A DNA stretch of 64,000 bases, taken from the NCBI GenBank assembly GCA_024679065.1, contig JAGIQG010000043.1:2046001-2110000 (forward strand). The letters run 5' to 3'. The stretch is from Sphyrna mokarran. Its lineage: Eukaryota. Below, one piece after another: positions 1 to 12,000 of this stretch. A program made the position numbers and the translations under genes. Position 1 is the first letter of the stretch. Each line of letters starts with the position of its first letter. The notes under the pieces are model-generated. The model had not been told where the DNA came from. It did no database searches and worked only from the letters and a program-made list of their open reading frames with translations.

Positions 1-1926
1 AATTTGTTTTGCCAATTAGCCTAAGAGAGCACATCATTGGGATGTGGGAGGAAACCGGAGCACCCAGAGAAAACCCACGCAAACACGGGGAGAATGTTCA
101 AATTCCCACAGAAACAGGCCCAAATCCATGTATCTGCACAGCACAGCGATAGTCACTAAGCTGTCATGTTGCCCATCAAGCGTACACTAACGACGTGAAG
201 CACGAAGATACTGTCGAAAAAAATCCTAGGGCAGCCCTCTCATGACCGGTCGTGTGTATGCCCCTTGTTAGACAACAAGGTGGACCAAAGCACCTCTAGG
301 GTAAAAACAAGTACATCAATATCATTATCTATTTACACACTTCCCAGGGAGTCCCACGACTCATGATCCCCATTTTAAATCAGTTTTCTATACCCCTCCA
401 TTCCCATTCTGTTCATGTGCCCATCGAAGTATTTCATAAATAACTCCAGAGTACCTGCCTCCACCACTTTACTTGGCAGCGCATTCCATACCCCCACCAC
501 CCTCTATGTGAAAAAACTCTCCCTAGCATCCAAATTATACCTTACCCCCCTCACCCTTAGCCCGTGACCCCTCGGGCTATTCGAGTCCATCTTAGGAAAA
601 AACTTAACCCTGTTTACTCTATCTATAATCTTGTAAACCTCTATTAGATCTCCTCTAAGTCTACGTCTTTCCAAGGAAAACTGTCCCGATTTGCCTAACC
701 TCTCCTCGTAACTCAGACCTTCCATACCAGGCAGCATCCTGGTAAACCTCTCCTGCACTCTCTCCAGAGTCGCGACGTCCTTCCGGTAGTAGGGTGACCA
801 GAACTGGACGCAGTATTTCAAATCAGGTCTAACCAACGTTTTATACAACTGCAACATTAAAGGCCAGCTCTTGTACTCTATACCCCTTCCTATAAAGGCT
901 AACATACTATATGCTTTCTTCACAACCTTCTCCACTTGCTCTGCCACATTCAGAGTCTTGTTCTCCTGCACCCCCAGGTCCCACTGCGTTTCTATTCTTT
1001 TAATAGGTCTACTCTTTATCATATACCTCCCCCCTACATTCTTTCTCCCGAAATGCATCACCTCACATTTATCAGGATTGAATTCCATCTGCCATCTGTC
1101 TGCCCAAGCTACCAGCCTATCTATGTCCTGTTGCATCGCTTGACAATGCTGCTCACTATCCGCAAGTCCAGCCATCTTTGTATCGTCGGCAAACTTGCTG
1201 ATCACTCCACTTATCCCTCTTCCAAGTCATTTATATATATTACAAACAGAAGAGGTCCCAGTACCAAGCCCTGCGGCACACCACTGGTGACCAAAATCCA
1301 GCTAGACAAACACCCTTCCACTATTACTGTCTGTATCCTATGACTAAGCCAATTACTTATCCATCTAGCTACCTGTCCTTGTATCCCATGAGCCTCGACC
1401 TTCTCAACTAACGTCCCATGAGTGACTTTGTCAAACGCCTTACTAAAATCCATATAGACGACATCAACGGCTCGCCCTTCGTCGACCGTTTTCGTCACGT
1501 CCTCAAAAAATTCTACCAGATTTGTAAGGCACGACCTACCCTTAACAAATCCATGCTATGTATCCCTAATCAGATCGCAACGCTCTAATGCCTATACATC
1601 CTATCTCTAAGAATCTCCTCCAACTGCTTCCCTACCACTAACGTCAAACTCACCAGCCTATAATTTCCAGGGTTATCCCTACAACCCTTTTTAAACAACG
1701 GTACAAATTTAGCTATTCTCCAGTCCTCTGGGACCTCACCTGTGTCCAAGGAAGAGACAAAGATTTGCGTTAGAAGCCCAACAATTTCACCTCGCACTAC
1801 CCTAAGCAGCCTGGGATAAATGCCATCATGCCCCGGAGATTTATCAGTTTTAATGCTACCTGGAAGCTCTAACACTTCCTCCCTCCATATGGATATTTCC
1901 CTCAACTGGTCCACGAACCCCCTCAC
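1..1926 (-). mobile_element. CR1 LINE, 5'-truncated, disrupted ORF2; long 3'UTR containing V-SINE core
   Basis: RT motifs [21 protein letters not shown] in ORFs 504-1926. Confidence 0.92.
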
Positions 1927-3650
1927 GTAATGTCAGCTGTTCCTTCCTCTCTTATCCAGAACTCACGGGATGATATGAATGCCCCCAGAAACTTGCTGGG
2001 GCGCAACAAAGAGCACGAGGGCAACTCAGATTCGATCCATTGCCATTGTCACTCAACGCAACACAATTTCCCCTGACGTTAACATCCAGTACTGAAGCAA
2101 ATCTTTTGCCTTATGCAATTTCAGCACATGCAAAGGAATTCCATAGCATTGTGAAGGGAGATATGATGGGGACAGAAGGGTAAAATGCAAGAAGAAGGGG
2201 CAAGTGGGACAAGGTGTCACCGTAGAAGCTGGATGGTGTGGAGAGTACTTGCTGTAAAGCATGATTGCACTGAGGGAATGTTGAAGGATAGCCGACCTCC
2301 AATCATTACCTCAGATCAGGATGGAGGAAGGAGTCAGAGTTCAATGATTGGCAAGATTGCAAATTCTNNNNNNNNNNNNNNNNNNNNNNNNNNNNNNNNN
2401 NNNNNNNNNNNNNNNNNNNNNNNNNNNNNNNNNNNNNNNNNNNNNNNNNNNNNNNNNNNNNNNNNNNNNNNNNNNNNNNNNNNNNNNNNNNNNNNNNNNN
2501 NNNNNNNNNNNNNNNNNNNNNNNNNNNNNNNNNNNNNNNNNNNNNNNNNNNNNNNTCACTCACTTTCTCCCTTCTATGTCCATAAAAACTGATGATGGAT
2601 TTTGGATTGCAGCCATTCCAGGTGGCAATGAATCTGGAGGTCACTGATGTTGTGGGAATCAGGAGTTTGCTTGAGCGCCAAGGCCAGGCCAAGCATGACT
2701 TTGCACCGAAGGGGCTGGAGTCGGAAGACCCGGAGGCTGCTACACAGGTGTAGAGGGCAAAGAGGGAGTTAAGCTCCTTAACACTTCTGCAATGTGGTCT
2801 GGGCCTTCTGACCTGCCAGTTAGAATGCTGGACACGTTGTTTTGGCCCTCAGCAATGAAGGCAGACTGTGATCAGGCCTTACTCATCATTGGTTATTGCA
2901 TGTTCCATTTGCCCAAGGCTCTCCACTTCGGTAACTCCTCCTGCAGTGTCAGTTTGGATTGCATGCACTGCTGTGGACTCCTCCAGAATGGCGTTGCAGT
3001 TGCACGAATATTATAGACATTCCCTCCAGGTACGTATGGTTTTACTTCTGCATCAGTCGCAGTTGGATCAGAATTCCTAGGGGATCGTCACCTACAAGAG
3101 CCCTCTGACTGTCAGTTCGCTTGGATGTTCCGATATTTCAGAAGGTTCCACATGGCAGATTGGTGCAGGAGGTTAAATCACACAGAATCAGGGGTGAAAT
3201 ACCTAAGTGGATTCAGAACGGAAATATGAGGTGATGCATTTTAGTCGATTCAATTCAAGTGGGAGCTGCAAAGTAAATGACAGAACATCCAAGGTATAGA
3301 CACATCGGGTGATTTGGATATATAGGTTATAAGAACATAAGAAATAGGAGCAGGAGTAGGCCATCTTCGAGCCTGCTCTGCCATTCAGTAAGATGTGAAA
3401 TAGATCAGTTTCACTTTCCTGCTTTCTCCCCATGACCCTTAATTCCTTTGTCTATCAGAAATCTATAGAGCCCTGAATATTATAACCTTAATAACATAAA
3501 TCTACTTAACCCAGCCTGAACGATAGAGCTTATTTAGCAGACACGGGGATAATGTGCAAACTCCATACAAACAGTGACCCAAGCCAAGAATCGAACCCAA
3601 GCTCCTGGAGCTGTGACTCAGCAGTGCTAATCACTCTGCTACGTGCTGTT

Positions 3651-5005
3651 CTTCTGGCAATCCTTCTGGGAATGGCTTTTGTATCCAGGAGAAAGATCTG
3701 CAGGTACCAGCAGAGAGGTAGAGATTGGCGGGGATTTCGTAACTGTGCCAGGCTCTCAATCAATTTGTTGATCACTTTCATTTTCAGCCGGTTCAGTATG
3801 AAATTAGACGATTTATAATCAGTTGTCGCTGCTCTTTTTAACAGGTAATGGGGACAATGATGAGGATCAGTTGAAGTATAGAGTATATTCAGAGGAAATG
3901 GTGGTAATTGCTTTTTATCATGTGGAGATTAGGCTCTGGCATTTTCATTTTAACTTGAAGAATCATACTTGTTGTATATGAGCCTGTGTGACTTTGCATG
4001 GTGCATACTGGCACACAACACTATAAATCTTTGCTATAACTCCATATGTGCGGAGTTTGAACATTCTCCTCGTGTTTACGTAGGTTTCCCGTGGTTTCCT
4101 CCCACAGTCCAAAGATGTGCGGGTTAGGTTGATTGGCCGTGTTAAGAAATTGTCCCTTAGTGTCCAGGAATGCATAGGTTGGAGGGATAAGTGGATTTAA
4201 TATGTAGGGATATGGGGGTAGGGCTTAGGTAGGATTGTGTTCGGTGTAGACTCGATGGGAAGAAGGGCCTCTTTCTACACTGTAGAGCTCTATCGTTCTA
4301 TTATTTCTATCGCTGTGAAAATAAATTACATTGAGATTGGCACATCAAGTGAAATTTTCGAAAGTCTTTTTAGAGGTCTTATGTTGGGTTAAGAGGATTA
4401 AGGATTATGTTCCAAAATTGTCTACCTAACTGCTGGAGACGACATGAATGGATGAATTTCCCCTTCTCATCGCCCTGAAGATAGTTTAGTTCATGGTGTG
4501 GAGATGCCGGCATTGAACTGGGGTAAACATGTCGCATATCTGTACTTGCCCGGGCTTGTAAAATCTCACTTACTGTCCTGTGTGGAGACAATACACATCT
4601 CTTTAACCTATGCTAATGCTATCTCTCACATTGTCTGCATCTTTAAGATTTGAACCGCAAGTTAGCTCTAAAGGCTTGCATTCTAATCAGTATTCTGTGA
4701 ACTGTGTGTGACTTTATATGCCCTTCTCTGATCAGAACCCTCTTCATACCTGACGAAGGAACACCGTTTCCAAAAGCTTGTGGGATTACTATCAAATAAA
4801 CTAGTTGGTCTCTAACCTGGTGTTGCAGGACTTCTTACTTAATTCATCATAACAGTGTTTCTATTATGTTTCAAACTCTGTCTGCCCGGCTGCAGAACGC
4901 AGAACCTAATGGCAGATGGAATTGAGAGCTCATATTCTGCTTCCGGGAAGCGATGCTGTTAAGAAATTTTCATCTGTTTCCTCATCATTGGAAGAAAGCC
5001 TGGAT
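3651..5005 (+). pseudogene. 3' remnant of an A-type paralog (half TM exon 3651-3717, cytoplasmic exon 3845-3903, dead last exon at 4875)
   Basis: LLAILLGMAFVSRRKICRYQQR vs gene A LLLPGLVLVAGRRICSNRQR; homologous intron; TLSARL with acceptor mutated to CAA; 5' part replaced by a SINE. Confidence 0.8.
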
Positions 5006-6554
5006 GTTTGATTTGATTTGGTTTATTATTGTCACGTGTTAGGAAACAGTTGTTTCTTGCGCGCTATGCAGACAAAGCATGCCATTCATAGAGAAGGAAA
5101 GGAGAGTACACATTGTAATGTTACAGTAGCTAGGGTGCAAACAAAGATCAGCATTATATAGGAGATGTCAATAGTCTGTTGGCAGCGGGGAAGAAGTTCT
5201 TTTCTTGCCGAGTTGGTACGTGACTTCAGATTTTTGTACTTTTTCATTGATGGAAGAAAGTCGAAAAATGTATGCCTGGAACTCCCTTAATCTGGTGCAT
5301 ATATAATTCTTTAAATCTGAACTCATTTATTGTAGAATCCGAGAGGCATAGACAAAAGTCGTAGGTAGAAGAAGGATTGAAATGAGGCACTCATTGAATG
5401 TTCAAATAGGCGGTGCGGGCTTGTAGGATGGAAGGGCCTTTTCCCTGTGTTATGCTGTTCTTTGTTCTTTATTCTTTGTTCTATGTTCTATTCTTTGTTC
5501 TAAAGGGTTCTTTTATTATGATATTTCTTTTGTTCAGGCAGCGGGTAGTGTAGACAGAGTCAACGGATGGGAGGTTGGCTTGTGCAATGGACTGGGTTTC
5601 ATTCATAACACTTGGCAGTGTCTTGATCGATATAGGAGTCATACCAAACTGTGATTCATCTGAAATAGGAAAAAGGTGAATGCATTCTGTACCTGAAGGG
5701 AAAGGGTTAATGAATTTTGTGTCTAGAATATATCAAAAACATAAGCCTTCAGCATGACTGATCTTTTCAAGCTTATATTATTTCTAGCATTAATACAAGT
5801 TATTTGTTCATTTCTTACATGTTTTAACTCTCATTTTTATAAAGTCAGATAGTTTAATGTGGCTGTTATTTTGTAGACTTTGCAAATCTTACTTATTTGT
5901 GTTAGTTGGACATCATTACACAGATGGTAGTTTACAATACCGGCTTTTAAAAGCTGCTGATGGCAGGACGTGACATTGGTGTTTAACAGGAAGAGTCCTG
6001 GTGGAACAGCCTCGATCGCACAAGTAACTTCAAAGACAAGAATGCTGGTACTGCTGCAGAAGGGATTTCCTGTGTCCTGACTGCAGGACTCTAATTCCTA
6101 ATTAACTCTGGGGCTGCATCACGACCCATGGAGGAAGGAGGCCTGGCAGAAATTGGAACTTTGAATAGGAATTCCTGCTGGGGCTTAGAATGTATTAATA
6201 TCCATTTTGTTTGTGTTCTATGACAAGTCTGGTGATCTATTGTAAGGAACCAGTTTCTCCCAGAATTCTGGAATAAGACATCAAAGTCTTGAAATAAAAA
6301 CCACTGTGTTTTGACTCACTGTCTCAGAGGTACTATTTCACCTACAACACCACCCTTACAGGAATCTTTGTAAAGATGAATCTTTAAAAGCTGGTTAGCA
6401 GACATGCCGAATTTCCTGAGCTTCTTTGGAAAGGAGAGACGTTGGTGGAGTCTGTCCAAGGGACTGCCATGTCAAATTTTGGTTTTGGCTGAATTATCAA
6501 TAACAAGGAAAAAAGTTTAAGACGTATTGGAACAAACGCCTAATGGAACCTGCA

Positions 6555-8400
6555 TCATAGAACATAGAACGTAGAACATAGAACATTACAGCACACAACA
6601 GGCCATTCGGCCTTCGATGTTGCGCCGACCAATATAAAAAGCAATGCCCCTCCAAACTAAACCATTCTCTTCTCTTCCATATACTTATCAACTAACCTCT
6701 TAAACGCCACCAAACTTGGCGCATCTACAACTGCTGCAGGCAGGGAATTCCACTCCCGAACCACCCTTTGGGTAAAGAACCTACCTCTGATATCCGTCCT
6801 ATAACTATCACCCCTTAATTTAAAGCCGTGGCCCCTCGTGCTATCTTTCTCCATCCTAGGAAAAAGGCTATCACTGTCCACCCTATCTAAACCTCTAATC
6901 ATCTTATATGTTTCGATTAGGTCCCCTCTTAGCCGCCTCCTTTCTAACGAAAACAACCTCAAATCCCTCAGCCTCTCTTCATAAGACCTGCCCTCCATAC
7001 CAGGCAACATCCTGGTAAACCTCCTCTGTACCCTCTCCAATGCCTCCACATCTTTCTTATAATGTGGGGACCAGAACTGCACACAATACTCCAAGTGCGG
7101 CCGCACTAGAGTTTTGTACAGTTGCAACATGACGTTGCGGCTCCGAAATTCAATCCCCCTACCAATAAAAGCTAAGACTCCATATGCCTTCTTAACAACC
7201 TTCTCGACTTGACTGCCTACTTTCAGGGATCTATGCACATACACACCAAGATCCCTCTGTTCATCAAGACTACTAAGAATCCTACCATTAGCCCTATACT
7301 CTACACATTTATTATTTCTGCCATAGTGCATTACCTCACACTTTTCCACATTAAACTCCATTTGCCACCTCTCGGCCCAGCTCTGCAACTTGTCCAAGTC
7401 CCTCTGCAAACTATAACACCCTCTTCACTATCTACCACTCCACCGACTTTAGTGTCATCTGCAAATTTACTAATCCATCCTTCAATACCCTCATCCAGAT
7501 TATTTATAAAAATTACAAACAGCAGGGGCCCCAAAACAGACCCCTGAGGTACACCACTTGTCACTGAACTCCACGATGAATATCTCCCATCAACCACCAC
7601 CCTCTGTCTTCTATCTGCCAGCCAATTCCTAATCCAATTAGCTAAATCACCCTCTATCCCATACATCTGCATTTTCTGCAGAAGTCTTCCATGGGCCACC
7701 TTATCAAACGCCTTACTAAAGTCCATATATACCACATCAACCGCCTTACCCCCATCCACCTCTTTAGTCACTTTTTCAAAAAACTCAATGAGGTTAGTAA
7801 GGCACGACCTACCCTTCACAAAACCATGCTGACTATCCCTAATCAATTCATTTCTCTCTAAATAACTATAAATCCTATCCCTAATAATTCTCTCCAATAC
7901 TTTGCCCACAACAGAAGTAAGACTCACTGGCCTATAATTCCCAGGAAGGTCTCTCTTCCCCTTCTTGAACAACGGGACCACATTCGCTATCCTCCAGTCC
8001 TCCGGAACCACACCCGTAACCAACGACGACCTGAAGATCAGAGCCAGAGGCTCTGCAATCTCCTCTCTTGCCTCCCAGAGAATCCTAGGGTAAATCCCGT
8101 CCGGCCCAGGGGACTTATCCAACTTCAAACCCTCGAGAATATCTAGCACATCCTCCCTATCTACTTCGATACCTTCCAGTTTGCTACCCTGTACCTCAGT
8201 GTTCTCCATAACTACATTTACATCACCCTGCGTGAATACCGAAGAGAAATATTTATTCAGTACCTCTCCAATCTCTTCAGGCTCCACGCACAACTTCCCA
8301 CTGCTGTCTATGACTGGCCCTAATCTTGTCCTAACCAATCTTCTATTCTTAACATACTTAAAGAAAGCGTTAGGATTCTCCTTAATCCTATCAGCCAAAG
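6555..8400 (-). mobile_element. CR1 (HER1-like) LINE, 5'-truncated, young, one frameshift near 7410
   Basis: ORFs 7331-8422 and 6657-7409 with RT motifs; (TTCTATG)n tail. Confidence 0.95.
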
Positions 8401-8944
8401 TCATGTATGTAAGCCAAAGCATGTCAAAAGCACATTTGGACCTACCTGTTTATTTCATAATTTCAGCATCAATGTCCATTTCTTGTGTGAATCTTTCTTT
8501 TTAATTTGTTAAAACTGGAAAAAAAAACATGCAAAACATCCATAAAGATTGCACACTACCAGCCTCGTATTTGCATAGCACAATGATAACTGCGTTGTCA
8601 TGGAAATGAATCTTTATTTATTCTTGGATAATGAGAGCCTTTTTCCCTGGATGAAAATGGCTAATACAAGGGGGCATAGCTTTAAATTGAGGGTGATAAC
8701 ATAGGACAGGTGTCAGAGGTAGGTTCTTTACTCAGAGGGTAGAAAGGGTGAGGAATGCCCTGCCTGCAGCAGTCGTGGACTCGCCAACTTCAAGTTCATT
8801 CAAATGGTCAATGGATAGGCTCATGGATAATATTGAAATAGTTTAGGTTAGAGGGTGATTAGATTGGTTCTACTGGGCGACACAATATCAAGAGCCAAAG
8901 GCCCTGCAAAGCGCTGTAATGTTCTATGTTCTATTATTATGGTA

Positions 8945-9620
8945 CGGAGGACAGTAAGAAATCTCACCACTCCAGGTGGATGTTCAGCAGATTTATCTGG
9001 AATCACGAGCTTTCGGAGGGCTGCTCCTTCCTCAGGTAATTGGAGTAGAGTGTTCACAAGCACGGCCGATAAAGACAGAGACACAATTGCAAGATAATGG
9101 ATGGAATGTGAGCCTTACAGTAAATGAAGTCTGTATAGGTACAGAGACTATAAGGGGGGAGAGGGGTAATCACAAGTAAGCGTTCTCGAGGGCGGCCTAC
9201 AACACACATGACAACGCAGAATTGCCGAGTACAAGCTGATAGCGAATTACCGCATACATGAGGATGGACTCAACTATAATTTGGTGTACATGTCGCACTA
9301 CATGTATCCCTCAACAGCTGGTCTGAGTTTGCAAAATCATCCGAACTGTCTTGGCTTGAGACAATTCATATCTCTTTAATGTGTGTTTATCCCTCTGTCC
9401 ACTCGCATTGTCTGTCCCTGTAAAAACTTGATTCCGTGTAAATTCTCGCATTCCAACTATTATCTTGCATTTGTCTTTCTGTCTGTATAGGCTACATTTG
9501 TGGTCCTAGCTCTCCATTGACCTGAGGAAGGAGCAGCTTTCCATAATAAACCTGTTGGAGTTTATCCTGGTGTAGGGAAATTTCTTACTGCCCCACTTCA
9601 GTCTAACGCTGGCATTTCCA
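8945..9620. mobile_element. Penelope-like element end: inverted pLTR, GIY-YIG C-terminus, pLTR
   Basis: VLEGGLQ..QRRIAEYKLIA..HEDGLN at 9180-9300; pLTR in opposite orientations; related copies at 4500-4840, 35860-36160, 44325-44700 and 60165-60500. Confidence 0.75.
9001..9037 (-). ncRNA. Minimal hammerhead-ribozyme-like core in Penelope pLTR
   Basis: CUGAGGA-A-GGAG(CAGCC)CUCC-GAAA-GCUC. Confidence 0.45.
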
Positions 9621-10869
9621 TTCACATCATTGATATGTGAGGCAGTGGCACAGTGGAATCATAAATGGACGATAAAGCAAGAGGCCTAGAGAAATATGTA
9701 GGGGACACGGGCTTGAATCTCACCATGACAGATAGTGAAATTTGAATTCAGTAAAATTCGGAATTAAAAATCTAATAATAGCCATTAAACCATTGCAGAT
9801 TGTCATAAAATCCAACTGATTTTGGGAAGGAAATCTGCCGTCCTCACCCGTTCTGGCCCACATTTGACTCCATGCTCACGGTTACGTGGTTGACTCTCAA
9901 ATGCCCACTGAAATAGAGAGAAATTGGGAAGGAAAATAAAGGAAAGGAGCGAAAGCTTTGGGAAAAACTGGCTCTTCAAATATATGAGTACTTCGAAAAC
10001 CAATGGATCTGATGTATAGAGTTGAAATTGAAAAAAAAATCATATGTAAAAAGAATGAAACAATCACTAGGGTATTTTTTGAATTCATTCTTGGGTCACG
10101 GGTGTCGCTGGCCAGATTAACACTTACTTGCTCCTGGAGGCATCTGAGAATGAATCACAGTGTTATTGCTCTGGAGTCGACAGGGAGGCCACACCAGATA
10201 TAAGGAGGGCAAGTTTCCTTCCCTAACGGAACTTAGTGAACCCGACTTTTTTTTTCCGAAAATCGATTCGTGGTCACCTGCAGATGTTTCATTCCAGATG
10301 GATTTCCTCTGGGCGCTCAGATTTCCTCCACAGTTGGATCGATATGCTAATTAGGTACATTGACCTTCCTAAATTTTCCCTCATTGTACGGAAACAGGCG
10401 CCAGTGTGTGGCGACTTAAATGATGTTCATGTTAACATCGTTCCAGTATTAATGTAAGCCTACTTGTTACAATAATAAGTAAACTTTAACTTTAAAAATG
10501 GTATAGCCCATCCTTAGTGCCCGAGGACAGTTGAGAGTCAACAATATTGCTGCGTCTCTGAAGTCACATGTCGGGCAAACCAGGTAAGAACGGCAAATAT
10601 CCTTCCCTCAAGAGCATTAGTGAACTTTTACTGAACATTTGTCAGGAAAATAAAGCAAACTCGAATGAACAGAATTCGAAAGAATTCCTTTCATCTGAAC
10701 ATGGGGTCACAGTTTTTACTGTGTGAACACTGATTCTAGCTGTTAGTTCTTACCCGTTTTTACTCACCATAAACCTGCAACAGCAAGAAAATGGGTCTTG
10801 CATATAATCATTCTTTGCATATCTTTACGTGCTATTTCTACATGTTTTGTGATCTGTTTGTTTCTGTGG

Positions 10870-12000
10870 GTTTAATGGCCGCAGGTTGATCAGAGCTCAA
10901 ACCCAGACAGCTTCGTCCCTTCAGACACAGTGGAAAATGTGACGGGCTGCGCAATGGAAAGTCTGACACAAGTTTGGTGCGGTGTGCTGGTGAATTCCAC
11001 ATTCACTTGACACAGTGTGGTCATGGACTGCGCGTCATAGCAATGAACAGGCAGCATGTCATAGAATCATAGAACCCTACAGTGCAGAAAGAGGCCCTTC
11101 GGTCCATCGAGTCTGCACCGAACACAATCCCACCCAGGCACTACCCGCATGTTCCTATATATTTTACCCACTAATCCCTCTAACCATAAGGGACAATTTT
11201 AGCATGGTCAATCAACCTAACCCGCACATCTTTGACCTGTGGGAGGAAACCGGAGTACCCGGAGGAAATCCACGCAAACACGAGGAGAATGTGCAAACTC
11301 CACACAGGCAGTGAGCCGAGCCGGAATCGAACCCAGGTCCCTGAAGCTGTGAAGCAGCAGTGCTCACCACTCCGCTACCGTGCCGCCCACTTCTTCAGGG
11401 AATGTTACAGTACGTAAATTCTGTGGCAATGTATGTCTATTTCAGATAAATTTCAATTCATTCGCGAGATGCGAACTTCCTTAGAAAGGGCAGACTGAAT
11501 TGTTCATTCGAAGATGATGATGTCCAAAGATGTGCAGTTTAGATGGAGTGTTCATGCCAAATTGCCACTTAGTGTCCAATTCTGTAAAGAGGTTGCACAT
11601 GATTCCTGAAGAAAGCTGCCTCATAAAGAGAAGTGAAAATATTCTATGAATTATATGTGAGTTGATTGAAATTGTGCTAGGACTGTCAATGATTTGCTGC
11701 TTGAGTGTAGAATGTACAAACTGCCTGACCTGCAGATGAAATGGGTATGTCTGTTGCGACTCAGAAGAGGTTTCTGCAAATTGTAATCAACACGAGTAAT
11801 GCTTGCAAATAGTGACCAATTTTCTTTTGAATAGGTTCCTGTAATATGCTTAATTGTAGACCAGCAGGTTCTTTGTGCAGCTAAATCTATTTCGAATGCC
11901 CGACTCTCTGCGGTTTCACATTGTGTCTCAGCTACTGATATCTGGAGGCAGTTGGGTAGGTGTAGCAGCTCAAATGTAAACAAAAGCGAGAACGCACATC
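10870..12000 (+). pseudogene. Decayed VJ (10870-11430, SINE-interrupted) plus C1 (about 11780-12000) pseudogene
   Basis: One frame reads ENVTGCAMESLTQVWC..NSTFT*HSVVMDCAS*Q*, then F-GNVTV and a GTATGT donor. C1 reads VPVICLI..SAVSHCVSATDIWRQ. Confidence 0.55.
11060..11389 (-). mobile_element. Full-length HE1-like tRNA-derived V-SINE
   Basis: tRNA-like A/B boxes, V core, CR1-type tail; absent from the paralogous site near 61410. Confidence 0.88.

Noticed and set aside
871-1343. ORFs antisense to CR1 ORF2 (also 7209, 18717, 31665)
   Set aside because: Shadow frames of the retroelement.
10762-10800. 7-nt minus-strand micro-exon (TTGCAG|GTTTATG|GTGAGT), also near 61135
   Set aside because: No other minus-strand exons found; conservation is explained by the duplication.
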